Virus record (IMG/VR): IMGVR_UViG_3300045988_160394
Location: 1-64,000 of that record
DNA: 64,000 bases
Source of the DNA: a virus
Strand: one strand, 5' to 3'
In this document: piece after piece, positions 25,917-36,141 of the stretch
Numbering within the stretch: position 1 is the stretch's first letter
Layout of the letters: the number at the start of each line of letters is the position of its first letter
Notes under the pieces: generated by a model
Seen by the model: the letters and a program-made list of their open reading frames with translations, nothing else
What the model was told of the DNA's origin: nothing
The model's database searches: none
Program-made: the position numbers and the translations under genes

Positions 25917-27161
25917 ATGGATATAAAAGAAATAAAAGAGAAGTTAAAAAGTGAAGAATATAACTTCTTAAGAGAAAATGAACATCTGAAAGATAGAATA
26001 ATATTTTTAACTTTAGGTGGCTCACATTCTTATGGAACAAACGTTGAAACAAGTGATTTAGATGTAAGAGGTATAGCTTTAGAAAGACCAGAAGAAATAT
26101 TAGGTCTTAGTAGATTTGAACAATTTACTAATAAAAAAACAGATACTACTATATATGGATTAAGGAAAGTTATAAGCTTAATGCTAAATTGTAATCCTAA
26201 TGTAATAGAAATGTTAGGAACAAGAGATGATCAAATATTAATGTGTAATAAATACGGTAAGATATTAAAAGATAATGCACATTTGTTCTTATCAAAAAGA
26301 GCTATAAATAGTTTTGGAGGATATGCTACAGCACAATTAAGACGCTTACAAAATGCTTTAGCTAGAGATAGTTATCCTCAAGCAGAAAAAGAAGACCACA
26401 TACTTAAAAGCATAGAAAATCAATTAAGAACATTAGAAGATAGATATCAAGCTATAGACAATGGTTATTTAAAACTTACTTTAGAAGATTCTGAAAAAGA
26501 AGATTATGATAAAGAGATAATGATGAGTATAAACTTAGAAAATTATCCTTTAAGAGATTTTAAAAATATATATTCAGAAATGAATAACATAATAAAAGAT
26601 TATGGCAAATTAAATCATAGAAATTCTAAAAAGGATGAATTACATCTTAATAAGCATGCTATGCATTTAATAAGATTACTTATAATGGGTAAGGAAGTTT
26701 TAGAAGGTAAAGGTATAAATACTTATAGAGAAGAAGAAAGACAATTATTTTTAGATATAAGAGAAGGTAAATACTCTTATGAAGAAATATTTGAGATGGT
26801 AGATAAATACGAAGAAGAGTTTTCAAAAGCAGCTGACAACACAGAATTACCAGCTAATCCAAATTATAAAGAAATAGAAAAGCTATTAATAGATATATAT
26901 AAAGATGCTTTTGCAGAGAAAGAAAAGATAGAACCAGGTTCAAAAGTTTATTTAAATATAGATGAAATAAAAAATAATAAACAATTAGAAGGAATATTAA
27001 CAATGTTAGAACCTGATAAGATATATACTGTTGATAAGATTTTTGAATTTCAAGAATTATATGATAAAGACTGGAACAAATTAATGAATATATCTTATGT
27101 AACACTTAAAGGATATGATGAAGAATTTAAATTTCATATAAGTATTTTTAAACAAATATAA
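25917..27161 (+). CDS. Pol-beta-superfamily nucleotidyltransferase (RlaP / PF10127-like)
   Basis: IFLTLGGSHSYGTNVETSDLDVRGI matches the GS..yG....SD.D.rG nucleotidyltransferase motif of the RlaP family; AAGGAGGA RBS. Confidence 0.6.
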   Translation: MDIKEIKEKLKSEEYNFLRENEHLKDRIIFLTLGGSHSYGTNVETSDLDVRGIALERPEEILGLSRFEQFTNKKTDTTIYGLRKVISLMLNCNPNVIEMLGTRDDQILMCNKYGKILKDNAHLFLSKRAINSFGGYATAQLRRLQNALARDSYPQAEKEDHILKSIENQLRTLEDRYQAIDNGYLKLTLEDSEKEDYDKEIMMSINLENYPLRDFKNIYSEMNNIIKDYGKLNHRNSKKDELHLNKHAMHLIRLLIMGKEVLEGKGINTYREEERQLFLDIREGKYSYEEIFEMVDKYEEEFSKAADNTELPANPNYKEIEKLLIDIYKDAFAEKEKIEPGSKVYLNIDEIKNNKQLEGILTMLEPDKIYTVDKIFEFQELYDKDWNKLMNISYVTLKGYDEEFKFHISIFKQI

Positions 27162-27176
27162 AAAAGAAAGAGAGAG

Positions 27177-29273
27177 ATGATAATTATGATTAATGAGAGA
27201 GTAAATACACCAGAATCAAGACCAAACGATGGATATTTAGAGTTTGAACAACAAATCAAAGAAACACTTAAAGGTTTTACAGATCAACACTGTATATTAG
27301 TAAAAACAGATGTATCAGGAGAAGATTTATGGGATGCTTATATAAATAACATACCTGAAGAAGATGGAGCTAGACAACATTATACTTGTAATGCATGTAA
27401 ATACTTTATAACTAGATATGGTTCAATAGCAATAGTAAATACAGATGGATCAGTTACTTCTGCTTTATGGAATCCTTCAATAGCTCCTAAATTCTTTAAT
27501 AAATCAGCTAAGGCATTAAAGAAAATAGTAGAAAAGGCTCCAGTTAAAAACATCTTATTGGTAGATGATAAAGTATTAGGTATTCCTAAAACAGGAGAAT
27601 GGACTCATATATCAGCTGAATTACCTGCTAGATATTCTGCTATTAATACAAATAGATTAAAAACAGCTAAACAAGTATTAGCAGAAAAGAAAGAAGAAGT
27701 TAGATTATTAAGTATGGCTCTTAATGATTTCGATGAAGAAATAATACAACAAGCTATAGACTTATTAGAATCTGATTCATTATATAGAGGTAATAGATTT
27801 GTAGATATGGTTCAATGGTTTAAAGGCATAAAAGTATGTCTAAGAAATATAAAAGGTACTGTTAAAAGACATAATTTATTAGTATTGCTTGCTTCAAGTG
27901 CACCTTCTGGAGCTGCTCGTATAAAAAATACAGTAGTTGGAGAGTTAATGTATAACTTAAAAGAAGGAATGTCTACAGCTGAAGTAATAAATAAATTTAA
28001 TGCTATGATGGACCCTTCTAAATATATGAGAGCACAAAGCGATCCTTCAGTAAATGCTGTTGCAGAAGCTGAAAAAGTAATAGAATCTTTAGGATTAGCT
28101 CCTTCATTAGAAAGAAGATATCTAAAGATAGAAGAAATTCCTGAAGAAGAAGTATTATGGAGACATAGACATGCTTTAGAAAAAGATAAAATAGTAACTG
28201 CACAACCATTAACAGCTGGTGGAGTATTTGGAGGAGTATTAAATAAAGTACAAGCTTCAAAACCTAAGACTAGAAGAGATGATGTTCCTGCAACTAAAAT
28301 GACATGGGAAAAATTCAAGAAAACTATATTGCCTAATGCTTTAACTATGGAAGCAAAAATAGATAATCCAAATAAATTAATGGCATTAGTAACAGCTGTT
28401 TATCCTGGTGAAAATATATTACAATGGTCTAATCCAGTATCATGGTATTATCATGGTGGAATAGATTCTGAAATGAAAAAGAGAGTTGAAGAAGCTGGAG
28501 GAAGATATGAAGATAATAAGATAAGATGTTCTCTTATGTGGAATTCTTATACTGACTTAGATTTACATTGTATAACTCCTAGACGTAGTCATATATACTA
28601 TGGCTCAAAACAAAGAGATGGTGGTTATTTAGATGTAGATATGAATGTAAGTCCTACTACTCAAACTCCAGTAGAAAATATAAGATGGAAAGATTCAGCT
28701 CCTAATGGAAGATATCAATTCTATGTTCATAATTATACTGATAGAAATAATCGCAACAATCCATTCAAAGTAGAATTACAAGTAGGTTCTACTATATTAA
28801 CTTATGAAGGAGTATTAGGAAGAGAAGGAGATAAACAAGTTGTATTTGAATTTGATTATCGTGATGGTCAAATAGTAAATATGTTAACTACAGGTGCTAG
28901 CTTATCTAATTCTGAATCTTGGAACGTTGAAGATAATTCTTTTGTTAGTGTTGATCTTGTAACTACTTCACCTAATCTATGGGGAGATAATAATCTTACT
29001 CAATTTGGTGAACATACATTCTTTATCTTAGATGGATGTAAAGACATATCAGAAGGTAAAGGAAGAGGATTCTTCAATGAAACTCTTATTAAAGATTTAT
29101 ATCCAATAAGAAAGACTTTAGAAGCTTATACTTCAGTAACTCCTATACAAGGTGTTGATGAAGCTACTGCATGTGGATTAGGTTTCTCTAATAATTCTGA
29201 TTGGGACTTAACTTTAAGAGTAGGAACAAAAGATGGTGGAACTAAGATAATAAAAATAGACAGATTAGATTAA
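27177..29273 (+). CDS. large conserved-looking hypothetical protein (698 aa)
   Basis: Long ORF with less biased composition than its neighbours; C-terminal beta-rich region (..DLDLHCITP..GGYLDVDMN..ENIRW..GRYQFYVHNY..); no confident family. Confidence 0.6.
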   Translation: MIIMINERVNTPESRPNDGYLEFEQQIKETLKGFTDQHCILVKTDVSGEDLWDAYINNIPEEDGARQHYTCNACKYFITRYGSIAIVNTDGSVTSALWNPSIAPKFFNKSAKALKKIVEKAPVKNILLVDDKVLGIPKTGEWTHISAELPARYSAINTNRLKTAKQVLAEKKEEVRLLSMALNDFDEEIIQQAIDLLESDSLYRGNRFVDMVQWFKGIKVCLRNIKGTVKRHNLLVLLASSAPSGAARIKNTVVGELMYNLKEGMSTAEVINKFNAMMDPSKYMRAQSDPSVNAVAEAEKVIESLGLAPSLERRYLKIEEIPEEEVLWRHRHALEKDKIVTAQPLTAGGVFGGVLNKVQASKPKTRRDDVPATKMTWEKFKKTILPNALTMEAKIDNPNKLMALVTAVYPGENILQWSNPVSWYYHGGIDSEMKKRVEEAGGRYEDNKIRCSLMWNSYTDLDLHCITPRRSHIYYGSKQRDGGYLDVDMNVSPTTQTPVENIRWKDSAPNGRYQFYVHNYTDRNNRNNPFKVELQVGSTILTYEGVLGREGDKQVVFEFDYRDGQIVNMLTTGASLSNSESWNVEDNSFVSVDLVTTSPNLWGDNNLTQFGEHTFFILDGCKDISEGKGRGFFNETLIKDLYPIRKTLEAYTSVTPIQGVDEATACGLGFSNNSDWDLTLRVGTKDGGTKIIKIDRLD

Positions 29274-29279
29274 TTTTAT

Positions 29280-29318
29280 AAGGTATAAGGGGTATTTCCT
29301 CTTATGCCTTTATTTTTG
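29280..29318 (+). terminator. Rho-independent terminator
   Basis: 13-bp stem AAGGTATAAGGGG / CCTCTTATGCCTT (two G-U pairs), TATTT loop, TATTTTTG tail. Confidence 0.75.
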
Positions 29319-29340
29319 ATTATAGGAGAGTAATAAAACT

Positions 29341-29769
29341 ATGTTTAATAAATATAAAGAAAAAGTTATTAATAGGATAATAAGACATTGTATGACTACA
29401 TATACTCCAATTGATTTAGATGATATGGTTTTAGGAGATTTATTATTTAATCGTAAATGCCATCTAAATGCTGTTCAAAGAGTAAAAGAGAATAAGGCTA
29501 AAGAAGTTTATTTATGTGTTTGTATAGCAAGAGAAAGTAATGATGTTATAGTACACTTTATAAATAAAAATGAAGATGATAAATATGTAGATAACACATT
29601 AGGATGGTGTTATAAAGCTTATACTTACTATATTGTAAGAAAAATAGAAGAAAATGAATATAATAATATTTCAGATATTCTTGCAAATATGAAAAAAGAA
29701 TTAGTATTTAAACATTCTAACAAAATAATGAGAAAATTAGCACAAATAGATTATGACAATTATGTATAG
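29341..29769 (+). CDS. hypothetical protein (142 aa)
   Basis: TAGGAGAG RBS; no motif. Confidence 0.55.
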   Translation: MFNKYKEKVINRIIRHCMTTYTPIDLDDMVLGDLLFNRKCHLNAVQRVKENKAKEVYLCVCIARESNDVIVHFINKNEDDKYVDNTLGWCYKAYTYYIVRKIEENEYNNISDILANMKKELVFKHSNKIMRKLAQIDYDNYV

Positions 29770-29782
29770 GAGAGGTTAATCA

Positions 29783-30259
29783 ATGAAATACAAAAGAGTA
29801 ACTAAAAAAGACTATATTGAATATACAAAAGCTCATAGGAAAGCTTTTAAAGAAGTAGAAAGAGAACTTTTAGGTAGAAATACATGGAGAAGTAAGGTTC
29901 ATGATTTAGATAAACTTATATTATATAGATTTTTAAGTGTTAAAACAGTTAGTAAGATTCATAGAAAATTTGCTTGGCATCATAATAGAGCTAAATCTAA
30001 AAATGATTTTATAGAACAAATAATAGATTGGCAATGTGCAGGAAGAACAAAACCTGATAAGCCTTTAAATGCATATCAAACTTTAATGAAATATCGTAGA
30101 GATGAAACAGATATTTACATACCTTTAATGTTTCAATTAGGAATATTAACTCCAGATAGAAAAATGTTAGAACCAGATGGTACTTATAGTAAAGCTTCTT
30201 TAACTAAGTGTAGGGTTAAAGATTTTGAAACAGGAGAATGGAAAACTGTAGATTTATAA
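29783..30259 (+). CDS. hypothetical protein (158 aa), His-rich motifs
   Basis: TAGGAGAGG RBS; KVHDLDK ... FAWHHNRAKS; family not confidently recognised. Confidence 0.55.
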   Translation: MKYKRVTKKDYIEYTKAHRKAFKEVERELLGRNTWRSKVHDLDKLILYRFLSVKTVSKIHRKFAWHHNRAKSKNDFIEQIIDWQCAGRTKPDKPLNAYQTLMKYRRDETDIYIPLMFQLGILTPDRKMLEPDGTYSKASLTKCRVKDFETGEWKTVDL

Positions 30260-30278
30260 TAAACAAGGAGTGATCATA

Positions 30279-31115
30279 TTGTTAAATAGAATGATAAATC
30301 AATTAAAAGAAGAGTTAAACTTTGATTTTAATAACCCTTCTTATAAAAAATTAGATGAAGAATTATCTAATAATGTTAGAGCAATTTATCAACTTTATGC
30401 AAATCAATGTAATCTTGAAAAGAATAGACCTATATATAGTTCTAATGGTGTTTTAATAGCTAATGGATTTGATAGAATAGTTATTGGAGATTATGGACCA
30501 TATATAGAATTTACAAAAGAACAAGCAAATGAAAAAGAATTCGTTGTTGCTACAGGACAAGAATATAGATTAACTCCAAGATATCATAGTACAATTAAAT
30601 ATGAATGGTATTCAACTAAACATCAGGATTGTAAATTATATTGGCAATTGCGTCCAGTTGTTTATGCTGATTATAAACCAGAAAGATATTATATAAGTCC
30701 ATTTGAAGTACATCAAAAATTAGATAAAAAGACAGTAGGAATAATTATTGCTGGAGGAAGAGATTTTACAGATTACATGCTTTTAAAATCTAAATGTAAC
30801 TTTTATCTGTCTAAGCTAGTACAAGCAGGTTATACTATACAAATTATATCTGGAAGAGCTAAAGGAGCAGATGATTTTGGTGAAAGATATGCAAAAGAAA
30901 TGGGATATGGTATTGTAAGTTATCCAGTTAAATGGATATGGAAAGACGGTAAATGTATAAATAAATCAGCAGGATATGAAAGAAATAAGAAAATGGCAGA
31001 AGATCCTATTGCTTATGCTTTAATAGCCTTTTGGGATAAAAGAAGTAGAGGTACTAAACATATGATAGGTTTAGCCAAAGAACATGATTTACACGTAAAA
31101 ATAGTAAACTACTAG
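30279..31115 (+). CDS. protein with C-terminal SLOG (DUF2493/YspA-like) domain
   Basis: IIAGGRDFTDY.....ISGRAKGADDFGERYA...G......W......AGYERNKKMA....ALIAFWDKRSRGTKHMI matches the DUF2493 SLOG pattern; start uncertain (TTG 30279 after AAGGAG; alternatives 30270 and 30291). Confidence 0.6.
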   Translation: MLNRMINQLKEELNFDFNNPSYKKLDEELSNNVRAIYQLYANQCNLEKNRPIYSSNGVLIANGFDRIVIGDYGPYIEFTKEQANEKEFVVATGQEYRLTPRYHSTIKYEWYSTKHQDCKLYWQLRPVVYADYKPERYYISPFEVHQKLDKKTVGIIIAGGRDFTDYMLLKSKCNFYLSKLVQAGYTIQIISGRAKGADDFGERYAKEMGYGIVSYPVKWIWKDGKCINKSAGYERNKKMAEDPIAYALIAFWDKRSRGTKHMIGLAKEHDLHVKIVNY

Positions 31116-31158
31116 AATATATTAAATACAAGAATATATTTTAGGAGGATATTAATTT

Positions 31159-31329
31159 ATGTATTTAGGAGTTCCACAAGTAATAATGTTAGCATTAATG
31201 GTATTTAATATAACTTTAAATATTGTAAAAGACGGAGAACCAAAAGATGAAAAATATAGTTTTATAACTACATTAATAGCTACTGCTATTAGTTTTGGGT
31301 TATTATATTGGGGAGGATTCTTCGGATAA
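31159..31329 (+). CDS. small membrane protein (56 aa)
   Basis: TAGGAGGA RBS; two TM helices. Confidence 0.4.
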   Translation: MYLGVPQVIMLALMVFNITLNIVKDGEPKDEKYSFITTLIATAISFGLLYWGGFFG

Positions 31330-31384
31330 AATAAATAAGTCTCATATATTATATCTATATGTAATATAAGGAGGCTTATTTTTT

Positions 31385-31768
31385 ATGGATGAAGTAGTAT
31401 ACGCTGAAAGAGATAATAATAAATATACTGAAAAATACACTGTATTTGGAGGAATGGATGTAGTATTAGTTGTTGATAAGAAAATAAAAGGAGAGATACA
31501 ATCTATAGCAGTAGATAGTATGAAAAAAGAAATAACAATTGGTATACTTTCTTTTGTAGGATCTTACGAAAAAGAATCTGTAGATTTTTATAAAAGCATT
31601 AAAGATGCTTTCATATTAGAAGCTTTTGCGAACGAATATGGAGATCATGCATGCTTTAGATATAATAAAGTAACATACAAAGGTTATAGAAAAAATCATG
31701 ATATTGATTCTACAAGTTTTATTGACCAATATATATATTCTTATGAAGATGAAGAATATATTGAATGA
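31385..31768 (+). CDS. hypothetical protein (127 aa)
   Basis: AAGGAGG RBS; ends TGA. Confidence 0.55.
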   Translation: MDEVVYAERDNNKYTEKYTVFGGMDVVLVVDKKIKGEIQSIAVDSMKKEITIGILSFVGSYEKESVDFYKSIKDAFILEAFANEYGDHACFRYNKVTYKGYRKNHDIDSTSFIDQYIYSYEDEEYIE

Positions 31769-31811
31769 GAAAAAGGCACGCCTTTTAAAGAATTAGTGAA
31801 ATATAACTGTT

Positions 31812-31838
31812 AAGGACTAGTAATAGTCCTTTTTTTTA
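31812..31838 (+). terminator. Rho-independent terminator
   Basis: AAGGACTA / TAGTCCTT stem, GTAA loop, TTTTTTTAT tail. Confidence 0.75.
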
Positions 31839-31867
31839 TAAAAAAATAGAATAAGAGGAGAATATAT

Positions 31868-33976
31868 ATGAAGTTAAATACAATTGCTAGATTAAGCGAC
31901 AAGTATGTAAAAATAGATTTTCAGGAGGAATTAATACAAGTTATAAGAGAAGGTATTTATAATATGAATCAAAAAGCTTTAGTAAATAAGTTTGTGTTAA
32001 GAACTTTTGAAACTAAAGCTTGTGAACATGGCTATGTAGTATTAGCAAATTCAGGTTTAACTAACAATTTTGAATATGAAGAGAAACAAGGCAAAGTTCA
32101 AATCTATGGAGTAGATGTTGAATACGGCCCAAATAAATTAGCTAACTATACTACTGATTTAATAAGTGTAGACTTTGGTAAAGGTAAAGATAATATAGCT
32201 AAAACTATTAACTATGTAAAGAAATCAGGATTATATGTTAATTTAGAAACTAAAGAATGTTATTTCGTAGTTAACTCAGATGTTATAACTGATGGAATGA
32301 ATCTTATAGAAGGAGAAGAAGCTAAAAAAGTTTTATCTGATTGTACATTATATAAAGGATATAGTTGGTCAAACTCAGAGGAGAGAAATTTAAGAGCAAC
32401 TCTAGTTAATGCTTCTAAATATGGAGCTAAAGAAAGAATAGAAAAACTTAATAAACAATTAGGTGGTTCTTTAGATTACTGGATGCATAAATCATTAGAT
32501 TTTAAAGCTATTCAAAAATTAGCTGCTAGAAATGGATTACAAAATCCAGGTGCATTATTCTTAGGAGAGTTCGGAAATGAAGAATGGGGAGCTTTATTTT
32601 TAAAGAAGAAGATAAGTGGTAATGCAGATGCTACTGAAAAGTATGGTAAATACTTAGAAGAAAGAGGAATAGAATTAGATGATTATATAATAGATGGTCA
32701 GCATATTAAAAATGCTGCTTGGTTAGTAGATGTATTATATAAACATCATAATATACAAACTACAGAAAAGGCTGTTGCAGGTATAATGGAACAAGAAAGA
32801 GCAGCTGGAGCTGGTAATAAATCAGCTGGATGTTATGAATATGAAGATATATTTAATACTATATTAGAATATTTAAAAGCTACTTATCAATATGTTATAA
32901 TAGGCAATCCTAATAAAATAGCTGTTATACATGATACTAATAGTTCTAAAATACCTAATTATAATGGTAGTCATTTTAGAAGCATGGTATTAGATATAGC
33001 TAGTGCTAGTTCTTGTGCATATACATCAGGACAATTGTTATCTAAATTAATGTTTATAGATCAAATAGCTACTAGTAAATTCTTATATAAAAGAATGTAT
33101 GATAATATGATAGATATGGCTGATACAACTGTAGAAGAAAGTGAATTCAGTTTAACAGGAAGTTTATCTCAAGTATTATTTGGATTAAATAAAGATATGG
33201 CTAGTACAGATATATATGCATTATCATCATTAGGACAAGATTTGATGAAATTTGCTAAAGGAGCTATAACTAAAACTAGAGTCAAAATAAAAGGTTCTAA
33301 CTATAGAGCTCAATTTGAAAATACTTTTATGATTTCTGGAGATAAATATCAAAGATTATTAAAGACTACTCCAGAAGGATATGTTGAATGTTATAATTCT
33401 GATGTTATAGCAAAAAACAGAAAAGAAATAAGAAGAGTTGAGAAAGAATATAAAGCTAATTTAAAAATAATGAGTATAGCAGAAGCTAGAGAAATAAGAA
33501 GATTAGCTTTAAATGAATTTATGGTAGGTATGGCATTAAAATATCCTTGCCCTGGTAACTCAGAATTTGAATTATTCAGATTCTTAACTAATCAAGAAAT
33601 AGAAGAAAGAGCTTATGAACAATTAAACAAAGTAACTGCTGATAAAATATATAGATACTTTACTTCAAAAGCTGGCGGTTGTATTGTTATAGCTAATGAA
33701 AACATATTAAAACATAAACTAGCTGGTATGGATACAGATTTTGATGGCTTAACTGTTGTATTAGAAAAAGAATTAGTAGACATAGCTAAAACAGCTTATA
33801 TTTCTGGTTCTATCACTGGATTAAATAACATACCATCATATACTGTAATCTTAAACAAGATAAAGAATACTAGCTCTAATTTTAATATAGTTGAAAATTG
33901 TGTGGATTTAAAATTTAAACAAGAACTTAATCAAGAATTAAACAATATAAAATTATTGAATGGAGTTGATATCTAA
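31868..33976 (+). CDS. large protein (702 aa) with a DxDxD acidic loop; candidate nucleotide polymerase (two-barrel RNAP-like?)
   Basis: AAGAGGAG RBS; ..ALKYPCPGNSEFELFRF.. then ..GGCIVIANENILKHKLAGMDTDFDGLTVVL (D622/D624/D626, nt 33731-33745) resembles the beta-prime/RdRP-type metal loop. The function is inference only. Confidence 0.6.
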   Translation: MKLNTIARLSDKYVKIDFQEELIQVIREGIYNMNQKALVNKFVLRTFETKACEHGYVVLANSGLTNNFEYEEKQGKVQIYGVDVEYGPNKLANYTTDLISVDFGKGKDNIAKTINYVKKSGLYVNLETKECYFVVNSDVITDGMNLIEGEEAKKVLSDCTLYKGYSWSNSEERNLRATLVNASKYGAKERIEKLNKQLGGSLDYWMHKSLDFKAIQKLAARNGLQNPGALFLGEFGNEEWGALFLKKKISGNADATEKYGKYLEERGIELDDYIIDGQHIKNAAWLVDVLYKHHNIQTTEKAVAGIMEQERAAGAGNKSAGCYEYEDIFNTILEYLKATYQYVIIGNPNKIAVIHDTNSSKIPNYNGSHFRSMVLDIASASSCAYTSGQLLSKLMFIDQIATSKFLYKRMYDNMIDMADTTVEESEFSLTGSLSQVLFGLNKDMASTDIYALSSLGQDLMKFAKGAITKTRVKIKGSNYRAQFENTFMISGDKYQRLLKTTPEGYVECYNSDVIAKNRKEIRRVEKEYKANLKIMSIAEAREIRRLALNEFMVGMALKYPCPGNSEFELFRFLTNQEIEERAYEQLNKVTADKIYRYFTSKAGGCIVIANENILKHKLAGMDTDFDGLTVVLEKELVDIAKTAYISGSITGLNNIPSYTVILNKIKNTSSNFNIVENCVDLKFKQELNQELNNIKLLNGVDI

Positions 33977-34208
33977 TATGGTAAAGACTATAACTAAGAA
34001 TAATTACTATAAAGAATGTGAAAAAGGAGACGTATTAATAGTAGATTATAAAAATAGTGGAAAATATTTATTTCTTATAGAAAGAATAGATAAAGAAAAT
34101 AAAACATTAGTTTTAAGAGATAGATTTCATCCTAATTATAGAGCAGAAAGCTTTTTTAATTTTGATAATCTAGAAAACGTAAATAAAATAATAAGAGTTC
34201 GTTTATAA
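33960..34208 (+). CDS. hypothetical protein
   Basis: ORF overlaps the upstream 3' end; ATG 33978 is an alternative start. Confidence 0.45.
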   Translation: MELISNMVKTITKNNYYKECEKGDVLIVDYKNSGKYLFLIERIDKENKTLVLRDRFHPNYRAESFFNFDNLENVNKIIRVRL

Positions 34209-34235
34209 AAAAATAGTTTTTTAGGAGTGTAGAAT

Positions 34236-36113
34236 ATGTTTAATATAGATACTTTAAAACAAGGAATTAACTTAAAGGAATCTAAAAGTTTAATTAGAAT
34301 AGCCAATAATGGGCAAGAACTGATGTATAAGTATTTATCAGGAGCAGACGATAATAGTACATACACTGCTCAAAATGTTAAATACATTATGGAAATGCAC
34401 GGTAATATAGATTGGAATAAAGTAGAAGATAAATCAAATGCTTTATTTAGTATAGGATATTCAGATCAAGGTAATATAATAGGTTTATTGACTAATACAA
34501 ATGCATTATTACAAGATATGCTTATATATTCAGATTTAGCAACAGCTAAAAAGAATTTATCAACAGTATTAAGCATTGAAGTAGGAGTTAATAAAATACC
34601 AGGTAAAAGATATGCAGTTAATGGGGCCTCTCCATTAACTTTTTCTTTGCCTGTAATAACTAAAGGTGGATACAAAACTTTAGCTACAGTTATTCATAAA
34701 GCTCATGCTGATAAGTTTGTAGAAATATTAAAAACTATAGATATAAACGCATTAACAAAAGAAGATATGATTTTAATAGCTAAAGATTTCGGGTTTATAT
34801 CAAGAACTCAAGAATTAGCTATAGACGTAGCAAAAGATAAGACAATAGAAATTGTAGATACTTCTGAATGGTTAAATCCAGGAGTTAAGGCAAATAATTT
34901 CTGGTTAGCTAAACAAGATAATGTAGAAGGATGGTATGCTAAAGATAATCTTAATGAAATTATTAAATCATTTAAAGAATGCAAGCCAATGCCTGATTTT
35001 ATAATAGAACCAAATGTTCCTGAAGAAGTATTAGATAAGATTTATACTACAGTAAATACTTCTGAATCTTTAGCAAGAGAAGCATTAATGCAAGCTACTA
35101 AAGATTATTTTAATAATACTTATAAAGATATGATTAGATACTCTCAAGAAACTCATTTAAATAAAGTAGCTAAATCTAAAGCTTTAGAATATAAACTATT
35201 ATCAGAAGCTATTAGAAATGTATTATTTGCTTATAGAAGTTTTGTTATAGATAACATACCAAAAGAAATGCCAACAGATATAGAAACATCTATGTTATTA
35301 AATAAAGAAATAAAAGCTAAAACAAATGCTTTTGCTAAAATATGTAGAAACACTATATATAAATTAGGTGAGACAGCAGGATTGGATGCATGTCTTATAT
35401 CATTAATAGCTTATGGTACAGATTTAATAGAAGTATCTAAAGATGAAGGGAAATATTTCAGAGCTATAATGCCAGAAGAGTTCAAAAAATTATATGCTAA
35501 AGATAAAACTGTTGAAAAGAAAGAAAAATTATTCTTCGTAGATGATTTCGTTAAAGATATGATAGACGAAGGAGAAGAATATGTAGTTAACTTTGTTGAT
35601 GGACAAGCTTTTGATAAAGATGGCATATTAATAGCTAAAGCAAGTTACAAATATAATGCTACTAATGCTAAAATAGTAGAAGATGAGTTTTCAGGAAGAT
35701 ATTATGCTGTTATAGAAGAAAATATAGAATTATCTCCTGTAGGAAACGAAGTATTAATAAGAATAGAAAATGCTGATAAACAATTCGTAGAAAAAACTAA
35801 ATTAATATATATACCTAAAACAAATATGAATAACAACGTAATTGTTGAAAATTCATGTGGAGAAACTTTTGCTAGAGGTAATTTTGGTTATAGATCAGTT
35901 CTACCAATAAGTTATAAATTAATGCTTTTAAACAATCAGAATTTAAATGAATATTATAAAAATAATAAAGAATTTGTTGTAGAGCAATTAATCAATAATG
36001 TAGAACAAATTAAGCAATATAATTTATTAAATGAAATTTATATAGATAAAATTATTACTGTAAATCAAGATAATGAAGATTATAAAACAGATTACGCTGT
36101 TATAATATTATAA
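34236..36113 (+). CDS. large hypothetical protein (625 aa)
   Basis: TAGGAG RBS; long ORF; no motif recognised. Confidence 0.6.
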   Translation: MFNIDTLKQGINLKESKSLIRIANNGQELMYKYLSGADDNSTYTAQNVKYIMEMHGNIDWNKVEDKSNALFSIGYSDQGNIIGLLTNTNALLQDMLIYSDLATAKKNLSTVLSIEVGVNKIPGKRYAVNGASPLTFSLPVITKGGYKTLATVIHKAHADKFVEILKTIDINALTKEDMILIAKDFGFISRTQELAIDVAKDKTIEIVDTSEWLNPGVKANNFWLAKQDNVEGWYAKDNLNEIIKSFKECKPMPDFIIEPNVPEEVLDKIYTTVNTSESLAREALMQATKDYFNNTYKDMIRYSQETHLNKVAKSKALEYKLLSEAIRNVLFAYRSFVIDNIPKEMPTDIETSMLLNKEIKAKTNAFAKICRNTIYKLGETAGLDACLISLIAYGTDLIEVSKDEGKYFRAIMPEEFKKLYAKDKTVEKKEKLFFVDDFVKDMIDEGEEYVVNFVDGQAFDKDGILIAKASYKYNATNAKIVEDEFSGRYYAVIEENIELSPVGNEVLIRIENADKQFVEKTKLIYIPKTNMNNNVIVENSCGETFARGNFGYRSVLPISYKLMLLNNQNLNEYYKNNKEFVVEQLINNVEQIKQYNLLNEIYIDKIITVNQDNEDYKTDYAVIIL

Positions 36114-36141
36114 TAATATTTTTTAGGGGGAAGAAAAAATA

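Noticed and set aside
27812-28318. 168-aa minus-strand ORF (and 28018-28260) inside the 698-aa + strand gene
   Set aside because: It lies antisense to a long, well-supported + strand ORF, has no RBS, and its composition is typical of shadow ORFs in AT-rich DNA. The same reasoning rejects every minus-strand ORF in the track: 183-383, 14572-14910, 15924-16106, 16360-16554, 19444-19689, 20364-20654, 21614-21799, 23700-23927, 25489-25874, 26854-27105, 34136-34675, 35411-35626, 36205-36393, 37682-37864, 38283-38468, 41173-41394, 48001-48204, 48528-48749, 49909-50148, 51343-51579, 56300-56509, 57453-57680, 58084-58308, 60251-60448 and 62018-62500.
27177-29273. Assigning the 698-aa protein to a named family (for example a YfaP/DUF2135-like beta-sandwich at its C-terminus)
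   Set aside because: I have only a vague recollection of a similar DLDLH...LDVD...ENI motif and cannot verify it without a search, so the ORF is left as hypothetical.
33728-33748. Reading GMDTDFDG as the family-B DNA polymerase YGDTDS motif
   Set aside because: No exonuclease motifs and no PolB motif A (DxxSLYPS) or motif B (KxxxNSxYG) are found in the 702-aa protein.
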